From Takakia lepidozioides (lineage: Eukaryota > Plantae > Bryophyta): a DNA stretch of 64,000 nt. The DNA is taken from positions 39,060,001 to 39,124,000 of the forward strand of contig CM060731.1 of assembly GCA_030704615.1 (NCBI GenBank), in the 5' to 3' direction. The notes under the pieces were generated by a model. The model had not been told where the DNA came from and made no database searches. It worked only from the letters and a program-made list of their open reading frames with translations. Position numbers and translations under genes: made by a program. Positions 44,786-56,526 of this stretch are shown here, in pieces; position 1 is the stretch's first letter, and the number at the start of each line of letters is the position of its first letter.

Positions 44786-47700
44786 ATGCCCCAGATGCTG
44801 TCTTCTCCTTGCGGAGAACAGGCGGGAAGCCTCACTTTTTGCGGCAGATTACAAGACAAGGCTGTGAAGCCGGAATGGATATTCAGCTTGGCAGTGGCGC
44901 GCCCCAGACCCTTGCGATTGGCGGCAATGACGCCTCCCCAACTTCCAGGGAAAGGTCTGTACATGCAAATTCTTGCGCACTTTTTCGATACTCCACAAGG
45001 TTTGCTTTGGCTCCAAGCAGAGACTACAACCATCTTGGTCCAAAATGTTCCTTGATTGTGATACATGAGGTATCACGTGTGATCTTCTTTCCATTTGCTT
45101 CACCAGAGAGAGAAATTTGCGCTCATTTATATCGCAGCCGGATCCCTTGGGATAGTAGAACAATAGCAAGCAGGTTTTCCCGGTCTCGCGCATAGTAGCC
45201 CACGGAAATCCTGCTGGAAGTTCCTAAATCTGGACGGAAATTTTTCTTTTTGAGCGCTGTGAACATTGGGTATGACTTGTCCTGGTATTAACTAACAGGG
45301 TGAAGCCTAGTCTGCACATGGAGTGCTCTCCCATAGCAAGTGACAATCCGGTTATAGGATATTGTGTATGAATATGAGGGCAAGTATAGACATCATGCTC
45401 GAAATTCTTATGCTGCCGTAGCCAAGACAGACGCTGACACATGTGATTGTCATTGCCCCGCCTGTCGCACAGGGGGATGGGGAGAGAGGGAGAGATTTTT
45501 TCTGGAATGCCTACAGTAGCATTCCAAAGTAAGGCTCAAAGACAATTATAGCTGCTAAAGATCTATGTTCGAGTGGTGTTTGCATGCAGGCCAAACAATA
45601 ACCAGAGATGGGCTCTGGCCTTCACTGTGGTGGGACAACAGATTTGATAAGGTGAGACTATGTTCATTAGGACATCACAAAATTTTCCAAGGATGGCTTT
45701 GATTGAAGCTGGCCTGATGATATTCTGTAGACTCAATGGTATCTCTAGTTGCATTTATTTGTGCTGAGTCTCGAAAATGCACCTTACTTGTTGTGCTTCT
45801 TGTATGTTCTTCTTCCATGAAGTAAGGTTGCTCAAGATTATTCCCTGTCCTTTCAAAGAGGCTTGGAGATTTCGTGGTTTTAACCCGGTCTATGCGAGGC
45901 TGTGGTTGAAGCTACAGGTGCTCAGCTGCCAGCTGGTGGTTACAGAATAGTCCAAGATCCTCAGACTTCAGGCATAAGCATACAAAGGAGGCTCTTTGGA
46001 TTGAGGGTTGCTCAAACCCTCCATGGGTGAAAGCAGAACTAACTGCCATGTTACAAGGTCAAGCAGAAGGTGGTGATGTGTGGAGACTATGTCTGGGGGG
46101 ACGACTGACAGAGGCACTGCACATTTTGAACCAACAATGCATTACGGTAGACTCTGATACTTATGTCTTTCTCTTGCGGGAGTGCAGCAAAATTAAGAGC
46201 ATTGAAATGGGAAGGCAGGTGCACGCTCACATTACCCAAAGTGGATTCAAGCCAAACATCTTTCTACTCAACAATCTTGTCAACATGTATGCCAAGTGTG
46301 GGAGCCTATTGGATGCACGCCTAGTGTTTGACAGTATACCTGAAAGAACTTTGTTTACATGGACTATATTGATGGCAGGATATGCAAAACATGGGTGTGC
46401 CAAGGAAGCTTTTGGAATTTACAAGCAAATGATACAGCAAGGGGCAGCACCCAACAATGTCACATTCATTTGTGTTCTCAAGGCATGTGCCAGCCTAGGA
46501 TCCCTGGAAAAGGGCAAAGAGGTTCATGCTGACATCAGCAAAGCTGGAATCCCGTCTTATATTAACTTAGATAATACCCTTGTAAACATGTACGCCAAAT
46601 GTGGGAGCATGAAGGATGCACAACAAGTATTCGACAGTATGGCTGAACGAAATGTGGTCTCCTGGAATGTGATGATTGCAGGGTATGCTCAGCATGGGTG
46701 TGGTATGGAGGCTTTCGAGATGTATGAGCAAATGGTCCGTGAAGGAGTAACACCGAACAAAGTCACATTCACTTCTATGCTTAATGCGTGTGCCAGCCTG
46801 GCGGTGCTAGAGAAGGCGGAAGAGGTCCATGCTGACATCATGAAAGCTGGACTTTCATCAGATATGGATTTGGAGAATAGCCTTATTAACACATATGCCA
46901 AATGCGGGAACCTGAAGGATGCACGTCAACTGTTCAACAATATGGCTGAACGAAATGTGGTGTCATGGAGTGCAATGCTTGCAGGGTATGCTCAGCAAGG
47001 GTGTGGTAGGGAGGCTTTGGAGATGTATGAGCAGATGATAAGGGAAAGGGTGATGCCCAACAAAGTCACCTTCATTTGTGTTGTTAAGGCGTGTGCTGGC
47101 CTAGGAGCCCTGGAAAAAGGTAAAGAGGTCCACGTTGACATCATCAAAACTGGAATTGAACCAGATATCATTTTGGAGAATAGCCTTGTTCACATGTATG
47201 CCAAATGCGGGAGCGTGAAGGATGCCCGTCAAGTGTTTAACAATATGGCTGAACAAGATGTGGTCTCCTGGAATGGGATGATTGCAGGATATGCTCAGCA
47301 TGGCTGTGATAGGGAGGCTTGGGAGTTGTATGAACAAATGAGGCAGGAAGGGGTGATGCCCAACAAAGTCACATTCATTTGTGTTCTCAAGGCCTGTGCC
47401 AACCTTGGAGCTCTAGAAAAGGGCAAAAAGGTGCATAGTGACATCATTAAAGCTGGAATTGCCCAAGATATCGCTCTGGAGAATACCCTTGTTAACATGT
47501 ATGCCAAATGCGGGAGCATAAAGGATGCCTGTCAAGTATTCAACAATATGGCTCAACAAGATGTAGTCTCATGGAATGCCATGATGGCAGGATCTTCTCA
47601 GCATGGGTGTGGTAGAGAAGCTTTACAGATGTATGAACAAATGCTACGGGAAGGGGTGATGCCCAACAATGTCACATTCACTTGTGTTCTCAAGGCATGT

Positions 47701-48786
47701 GCTAGCCTAGGAACGCTGGAGAAAGGTAGAGAGGTCCATGCTGACAGCATCAAATCTGGAATCAAGCCAGATGTCATTCTTGAAAATTCCCTTGTTAACA
47801 TGTACACGAAAGTTGGGAGTGTAAGGGATGCATGTCAAGTGTTCAATAATATGGCTGAACGAGATGTGGTCTCATGGAATGTGATGATTGCTGGATATGC
47901 TCAGCATGGGCGTAGTAGGGAGGCCCTGCAACTATTTGAACAAATGCAGCAAAACTGCTTGAAACCGGATGATATAACGTTCATATGTGTCCTCTGTGCA
48001 TGCAGCTATGTGGGCCTTGTGGCAGAAGGCTGTCACTATTTTTCCATGGGTCAAGATCATGGCCTCACTCCCACAATTGAGCAGTTTGGCTGTATGGTGG
48101 ACCTTCTTGGCCGTGCAGGGCAGTTGAACAAAGCAGAAGACTTCATCAACAGAATGCCAATCGAAGCAGATGCTTCGGTCTTGCGAGCCTTACTTGGTGC
48201 CTGCAGAATTCATGGCAATGTGGAGGTGGCAGAACGTGCGGCCAAATGCCTTCTCAAGTTGGATCCGCAAGATGCTGCAACGTATGTGCTGCTATCGAAC
48301 ATCTATGCTGCTGCTAGCAGGTGGGAAGATACAGCAAAGGTGAGAAAAACAATGCAGGACAGAGGTGTCAGAAAGGAGCCAGGGTACAGCTGGGTTGAGG
48401 TGAACAACCAGGTGCATACATTCCATGTAGATGATAAATTGCATCCACAAATCAAGGAAATCCATGCTGAGCTGTACAGATTGTCTGGACAGATGAAGGA
48501 GGCTGGGTACGTGCCTGACACACGCTTTGTGTTACATGATCTGGTGGAGGAACACAAGGAATTTTCTCTCTGCGTCCATAGTGAGAAGTTGGCTATTGCT
48601 TTTGTGCTGATCAGCACACCACCTAGAACACCTGTCCACATCATCAAGAACCTTCGTGTGTGCGGTGACTGCCACACGGCCACCAAGTTTATCTCAAAGA
48701 TTGTTGGGCGAGCAATTATTTTACGGGATGCCAATCGATTTCACCACTTCCAAGACGGGTTTTGTTCCTGTGGGGATTACTGGTGA
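44786..48786 (+). CDS. PLS-class PPR-DYW protein 1 with N-terminal OSB-type PDF-like motif; exons ~44786-44954, 45590-45651, 45946-48786
   Basis: About six 303-bp P-L-S triplets, E domains, PG box (PGYSWVEV), HSEKLA, CGDCH and terminal DYW. The upstream exons splice in phase. The start codon is uncertain. Confidence 0.9.
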
Positions 48787-49906
48787 AACCATGAAAGTGT
48801 CACTGAAGATGAGGATGGCACTGTAACAATTTCTGATTATTTCATAAGGAAAGAGTGCACAAAAGAGTGACCAAAGAGTCACAATTTACCTGGGTGGTAA
48901 GCGCACATCAAGTATGAATGTGAACTGAATTCAGGCGTCTGTAGCAGGTGTCAATGCTCGGGCCGAGATCTGTCTTGGTCGTCAGTTGAAGTCTGAAAGT
49001 TTTGTACAAAGGGATCGAGTGGCCAAATAGACCAACTTGCTCCAAACATGCCATTTCACACTCATCTCAGACACCTGGATTGTGATTATGACAGGCATAG
49101 CTTACATGGATTTGTGATCTGTTTTCACTGCAGAAGAGAGATTTAGCTATCCCATATGGATCACACTCCAAATGAAGTGTTCATAAAAGTTTCATGCCTG
49201 CACTACGGTTCTAATGAAGTTCTTGGAAAGTAGAACAGTTTATAGATGTATCTGTGACCTGTTGCTGTTCCAATGTTCATGATTGGCTTCGTTCGCATCC
49301 CAGGACCTCCCTCCCAGAGTAGGAAGGTGCGCCCACTTCTATCACCTCTAAATGGGTGCCTCTTCTTCTTCTCCCTAGCCGGCGTTTTTTGGAAGAGAAA
49401 CACGTGGGAGCGACCGCTCTCAAATCAAGCCCTGCCCACAACAGTTTGTAGTGTAAAATCACTCATAACAAAAACTCTGCACAAACGACTAAACAGAAGA
49501 CGACAGACTCTAACTCTCTCTATGTAGAGCAAGGTGCCTGATTACCGAGATCCAAAACGAGATTTGCAGCAGCTGTGTTGGTGATTGCAATGCGATTGAG
49601 TAAGCACGCTTGGATCTTCGTTGCTATCATGGAGGTCTTCAGCAAGCTTCAAGAATGAATCATAGATTTTCTGGTCGACTTGTTTTAAGTTGTGAGGAGT
49701 GTGTTGACAGACCAAGCAATCACAGCAATTTCCTCTTCACTTGCAAATTTCAGGTATTCAGATATGTTGTCCTCGCAGCATGATGGTAAATAGGGATCAG
49801 AGCGAGCATAGGTATGGAGGCCATCGACTCTATTGGATGAGTTGCTGGTGCCGCCAGTCATCCATCTCTTGAGTCCTGTTTTCTGCGCTGTCTTCTTCTC
49901 TCAGAG

Positions 49907-52900
49907 ATGGCAGCGCGCTCGGGACTTGTCCTGAGCGCGCAGGGAGAGACCGTGTCCGAGGCCTTATCTCCTTGCGGTGAGCCGTCGGGCAGCTTGAAAT
50001 CATGCAGCAGATTATCGGGCCAGGCTGTGAAACTGAGCTGGGTAACCAGCTTGGCAAGGGTGGATATAGGAGACTTCAAAGTGATTCCACAGCCATCAGG
50101 GATACAGGATAAAGGTATGGACATGAAAATGTATTTGCATTGGGTCTGCTAACTTCACTTCGGAGCTATTCAGGCTTCATATTGTCCTTTTCGCAGTAGT
50201 AACTTCCATAGAATTTCACTTTGTTGGAATACATCGGCATTCCTATTCCTCCTTCCATCAGCTCCTTCAGTAATAATCTTTAGAGTATGTGGAATGTACG
50301 TTCATGTTATTTTCCATTCATGGCATGAGAGAGAGACAGAGAGAGAGAGGTACTCATTTACACTCCAGCCATTGTAGTCCCTGTGCGATACCCTGATTTT
50401 TAGGAACGGCACCGCGAGCTGATATGCACCATGTTCTTTATGGTGTTTGCATGTAGACAAAACAATGAGCAAAGATCAGCTCTGGAAGGAGTTCTTCTCG
50501 GATCCTTCACAGTGGTGGGACAACAGGTCGGTTAAGGTGAGGCTATCTTCATTTGGAGGTGCAAGAGGTTATCCTTGTAACAAAAATTGGCAAGGTGATG
50601 GTGTGTTGACTGCAGATGTATAGTCAGTTGTTTATATTAGTTAAATTTCTTTCTCGAGATAGCTCGCCGTATTTGAAATATGCTTGGAGTTGTGGTGGTT
50701 GCAGCCTGGCATATGCGAGGTTGTGATTGAAGCTATGGTTGCTCAGCTGCCCACTTGTGGTTTTCACAGAAAAATCCAAGATCACCAGACTTCAGGCATA
50801 GGCGCACAAAGGAGACTCTTTGGATTGAGCGTGAGTCGAACCCTCATTGGGTGAAATCAGAGCTAGCTGCCATGATACAAGGTCAAGCGCAATGTGGTGA
50901 TGTGAGGACACTTTGTATGGCAGGAAGATTGAAAGAGGCCCTGCACATTTTAAACCAAGAAGGCAATTTGGCAGACTCCAACACGTATGTTTGTCTCTTG
51001 CGGGAGTGCATCAACATGCAAGGCCTAGCAGAGGGAAAGCAGGTGCATGCTCACATTATTCAAAGTGGATTCAAGGCAAACACCTTTCTACTTAATACCC
51101 TTGTCAACATGTATGCCAAGTGCGGGAGCCTGGTGGATTCTCAGAAAGTATTTGACCAAATGCCTGAACGTGATGTGTTCACGTGGACTATGTTGATGGC
51201 AGGATATGTCAAGCATGGGTGTGGTAGGGAGGCTGTCGAGATGTATGATCAAATGATAAGGGAAGGAGTGAGCCCCAACAACGTCACCTTCATTTGTGCT
51301 CTGAAGGCGTGTGCCAGTGAAGGAGCCTTGGAGAAGGGCAGAGAGGTGCATGCTGACATTATTAAAGCTGGAATTGCACCAGATATCATTCTGGAGACTA
51401 CCCTTGCTGCCATGTATGCCAAATGTGGGAGCGTAGGGGATGCACGTCAATTGTTCGACAACATGGCTCAACGAAATGTGGTATCATGGAATGTGCTGAT
51501 TGCAGGATATGCTCAGCAAGGGTATGGTACAGAGGCTTTTGAGATATATGATGAAATGAAAAGGGAAGGGGTGACACCCACCCAGGTCACATTCATTTCC
51601 ATTCTCTCTGCATGTGCCAGCCCGGCAGCCCTGGATAAGGGCAAAGAGGTCCATGCTGACATCATGAAAACTGGTATTGTGTCAGATATCATCCTGGATA
51701 CTGCTCTTGTCGACATGTATGCTAAATGCGGGAGCGTGAAGGATGCACGTCAAGTATTTGATGGAATGGCCCAACGAAATGTGGTCTCATGGAGCGCAAT
51801 GATCGCAGGATATGCTCAGCAAGGGCATGGCAGGGAGGCTCTGGAAATCTATACGCAGATGGTACAAGAAGGGGTGAGGCCTGACAAGGTAACATTCAGT
51901 TCTGTTCTCAATGCATGTGCCAGCTTGGCAGTCCTGGAAAAAGGCGAAGAGGTCCATGCTGACATCATTAAAGCTGGAATTGTACCAGATATGATTCTGG
52001 AGACTGCCCTTGCTTCCATGTATGCCAAATGTGGTAGCATAAGCAAGGCACGCCAAGTGTTTGACAAGATGGCTGAACGAAATGTGGTCTCCTGGAATGC
52101 AATGATGACAGGATATGCCCAGCATGGGTGGGGCAGGGAGGCGTTTGAGATGTATGAGCAAATGATACAAGAAGGGGTAATGCCCGACAAGATCACATTT
52201 ATTTGTGCTCTTAATGCATGTGCTAGCCTGGCAGCCCTGGAAAAGGTTGAAAAGGTTAAAAAGGTCCATGCTGACATAAAAAAAGCTGGTCTTTTGCCAG
52301 ATACCATTTTGGAGACTGCCCTTACTGACATGTATGCCAAATGTGGGAGCGTAGAGGATGCACGCCAAGTGTTTGACAATATGGCTGAACGAAATGTGGT
52401 CTCATGGAATGCGATGATTGGAGGATATGCTCAACATGGGTGTGGTAGGGAGGCTTTGGAGATGTATGAGCAAATGAAACTGGAAGAGTTGATGCCAGAC
52501 AAAGTCACATACGTATGTGCTCTCAATGCATGTGCTTGCCTGGCAGCCCTGGAAAAGGGCAAAGAGGTCCATGCTGACATCATCAAAACTGGGATTCCGC
52601 CGGATATCATTCTGGAGACTAGTCTTGTTGACATGTATGCCAAATCTGGGAGCATGATGGATGCACGTCAAGTGTTTGACAACATGGCTGAACGAGATGT
52701 GTTCACATGGAGTGCAATGATTAGTGGATATGCTCAGCATGAGTTGGGTGGGGAGGCTTTGGATATCTATGAGCAAATGATACGGGAAGGGGTCAGGCCA
52801 GACAGAGTCACTTTCATTTGTGTTGTCAATGCGTGTGCCAGTTTGGCAACCTTGGGAAAGGGCAAACAGGTCCATGCTCAGATCATCAAAGTAGGGATCG

Positions 52901-53925
52901 CACCAGATGTCAATTTAGAGAATAGCCTTGTCGACATGTATATCAAATGCGGGAGTGTAAAGGATGCAAGCCAAGTTTTTGACAATATGGCTGAACGAAA
53001 TGTGATCACATGGAGTGCGATGATCACAGGATATGGTCATCACGGGTTTGGTAGGAAGGCCCTGCAACTTTTTGAACAAATGCGACTGGAAGGCTTACAA
53101 CCAAATGCCATCACATTTACATGTGTTCTCTCTGCATGTAGCCATGCAGGCCTAGTGAAAGAAGGCCATCACTACTTTGATTCCATGAGCCGAAATTATG
53201 GCCTGACCCCTACAGTGGAGCATTTTGGCTGCATGGTGGACCTTCTTGGCCGAGCAGGGCGATTGGATGAAGCAGAGGACTTTATTAACAAAATGCCATG
53301 TGAAGCAAGTGCTTCAGTATGGGGGGCCTTGCTTGGTGCCTGCAGAGTTCATGGCAACGTGGAGGTAGGAGAGCGTGTGGCAAAATGCCTTCTCAAGTTG
53401 GATCCACAGAAGGCTGCTACTTATGTGTCATTATCAAATATCTATGCTGCGGCTGGCTTGTGGTATGATACAGCAAAGGTGAGAAAGATGATGCAGGACA
53501 GAGGTGTCAAAAAGGAGCCAGGGCACAGCTGCATTGAGGTGGACAGTCGAGTCCATACTTTTATTGTGGATGATAAATTGCATCCACAAATTGAGGAAAT
53601 TCATGCTGAGCTGAAGAGATTGTCTGGGCAGATGAAAAATACAGGGTACATGCCTGACACTAGCTTTGTATTGCATGACATGGAAGAGAAGCAAAAGCAA
53701 TTTTCCCTTTGCCACCACAGTGAGAAGCTGGCCATTGCATTTGGGATCATCAGCACACCCCCTGGAACGCCTCTTCGTGTGATCAAGAACCTTCGGGTGT
53801 GTGGTGATTGCCACACAGCCACCAAGTTCATATCAAAGATAGTTGGGCGAGCAATCATTGTTCGGGACTCCACCCGCTTTCACCACTTCCAAGAGGGGGT
53901 TTGCACTTGTGGGGATTACTGGTGA
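49907..53925 (+). CDS. PLS-class PPR-DYW protein 2 with N-terminal OSB-type PDF motif; exons ~49907-50113, 50457-50536, 50770-53925
   Basis: About seven P-L-S triplets, PGHSCIEV, HSEKLA, CGDCH and DYW. The spliced N-terminus reads QLWKEFFSDPSQWWDNRSVK|KNPRSPDFRHRRTKETLWIE. The first exon and start are less certain. Confidence 0.92.
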
Positions 53926-56526
53926 ACTAGCAGCAATGCATGAGAGAAATTGTGTTTCCTTCGAACGGGGTGGAAAGGTCACAAATTTTGTCTTTCCTCT
54001 TTATGCATAGCGTAGGATTGAAAGCATTGACAATGTGTCATTGAATGCAACATCCGTAGCTGCCCCTTGGTTGAATCTCTGGAAACCTTGCTGGAACCAG
54101 AGTCCGAGTGGGTTGTACATCTATCCAACTCACCTACAAACATTGAGACAGGAAAGCGTAATCACACAACAAGAAAAGGGGAGTGGCATGATATGAAGCT
54201 ACTCACAGATTATCTCCCATTCATGTGTCAGCTGATATCTTCATGAAAATTCTGAATTGAAGACAAGCCTGATGGTTGAGATCTGAAGATAATGTTGCAC
54301 CTGATTTTTTTCCCCAAATTGTAGTAATTTAAAGACCATTGCATCCAAACTTGTGTGCGCAAGCCAGTGATTACACATAACCAACCAAATGACAGCAATG
54401 CCAACTGTCTAAGAATCTAATAAGGCTGGCATTTGGGTACGTTCTAACCTACAAGGCATGCATTTGCAACTACCAGCACACTTGTCAGCCATGGCTCAGG
54501 GGTGTTGCTCAAATCAGTACCCAACAACAGTTCAGGGAAAAGTTGAAGGTGAAGAACGCACGGTCCAAAGTGCTACAAGGCATTCTTATGGGAATTTTCA
54601 ATAATTGAGTCACATCTCCTGGCCATTACAAAAACTGTTAGAATCCACATTTTCAATGAATTTTTGGTGGATCTGACCTGCCACTGTGTATGGTAGTATG
54701 GCATCAGATACACCAAGTCATTCCCCTTTTATGTTGTACTCTGTGACGTGACATCTACTTATCTATCTGTGTGGTTTTGAACCTACAAGCACTTGAAAAG
54801 CCCCCAAGGATCATATGAGTGCTTACAATTTTCAGAGCACTGGGATCAGAACAAAGCTCATGATATCCGCAAGTCATACATCACTTCAAAAAATGGAAGA
54901 TTACATTTAGTTGGGATCTGTTTGTTTGCTTGCAATCTCATGGGCTTCAGCCATTGTCTCTTGGGCAATCAAACTGTATCAATAAGAGTTACTCCCACGT
55001 TGTGTCCCTTTAGTCTGATGTGTTGGGCTGATTCATGCCCCTCTGCAGTTGAAGGTCTCTTAACCTCTCAATATGTATGGAATGAAACTAGTAAGCCATT
55101 CTAGAAATACCATTGGCAACACAAATGCTGGGCAATGCCAAATGCGTTGCTGGGTCACGCTCTTTTGCGTGCAGACGCTTAAGCTTACGCTGGTTCTCTT
55201 AGCATGCTCTGGCATATAGTAGTCCATCTATCTGGAAATTGTGCATCAAAAGTCGTCGCTAGAAGAGCAGAGCGACGAGAAGTCCTTGTCTCCCAGGTTT
55301 GATCTTTAGGCCGGAGACTGAGCAGTGAAACCCACAAGTTGGATACACAAAAATAAGCAAGGGATGCACAAAAGAGATCTCAACAACAAACTGTAAAGAA
55401 TTTCTGAGAACCAAGGGAACATGAGAACTCCGAAGGCTCCGGCACTCTATCGCCAGAATCATTGGACCGTGTTTGTGGGGCCTGCGAAAAAGGTGCGTGA
55501 TGCAATTGTGACTTGTAAAAGCAGGTGGGCAGTCACATTCGCGTGAGTAAGTGTATCACTTCAACCATCCAGACTCCTTTAGTGTGGCAATCTGGGTGGA
55601 TCCAAGGCGAATCGATGCACTGGAGACGTGCTTAGGTAAGAATCAGACAGATGTTGGTGTTGAGAATTTTCCCGTCCTTGGGAGTTGGATTTCATAGGAA
55701 AGGCTACAGACTTTTGAAGCTTTCTGTTTCCGTAGACTGTACCAACCTGTGTCTGAAATTAGATGGCTTGTTAATACTTTCTTCTCTCTGGCCTCCAAGA
55801 CGACGGCTTTCATCGTAAATTGGGTGTTGCTGTTGACAATGTCGACCACATTGAAGTTTGAATGTTGTCGGACAATCGACAGTCGTTGCAAGTTTTCTTA
55901 TGAAAACTCTACCATCGTCCCACCCATCCTGTGAATCCGCGTCGGATATATGAACATCATCTCCTCTCTGAACTCCCAGGAGAGTCAGAGACAGGCTAAC
56001 TGGATTGAACAGGTTGAACAAATCAAACAATGCTCACAATTGTCGAGCATTTGTGACCTCATCTCAATATCGCATATCGCCTGCACTTGGTTAAATAAAA
56101 GGAAGGATCCATCAACATGAGGGGGAAAACTGGTTGCGGTTAGTGCTTGCCCTATTCTTGTAGAGGACTGTGATTAGGACCCAAAACTTCTTTCTTGAGG
56201 ACAGAACAGGAAGGACGGAAAATTGTAATGCCCAATTTCTCAAATTTTGTGACTGTTAGCAACTAATGAGAAGGTAAGTTGTCAAAAATTTGCAGGGGAA
56301 CACTCCATTTTACTCAGTGAGGGTGGCCTGTTCATCTCTGGAGTGAGAGAAGCTTATGGTAGTCTTTCATTGGTTAGCCTGTCAGACACAAGCTGGTTGA
56401 TCCACATATCTTGAAAGTCCTTTGAAGCAAGGGTTTTGTATCCTGTAGGTCTCAAAGCGGAGGCCGATTTAAGTACCTACAAGTGCATATTCCGAAGGGG
56501 GGGGAGAGAGAGGGTATCAGGACGGG

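Noticed and set aside
46562-53873. Multiple antisense ORFs over the PPR genes
   Set aside because: Shadow frames of repetitive coding sequence.
48370-53925. U-to-C (DYW:KP-type) editing factors
   Set aside because: Both DYW domains have canonical PG boxes, HSEKLA and DYW ends, consistent with C-to-U editing.
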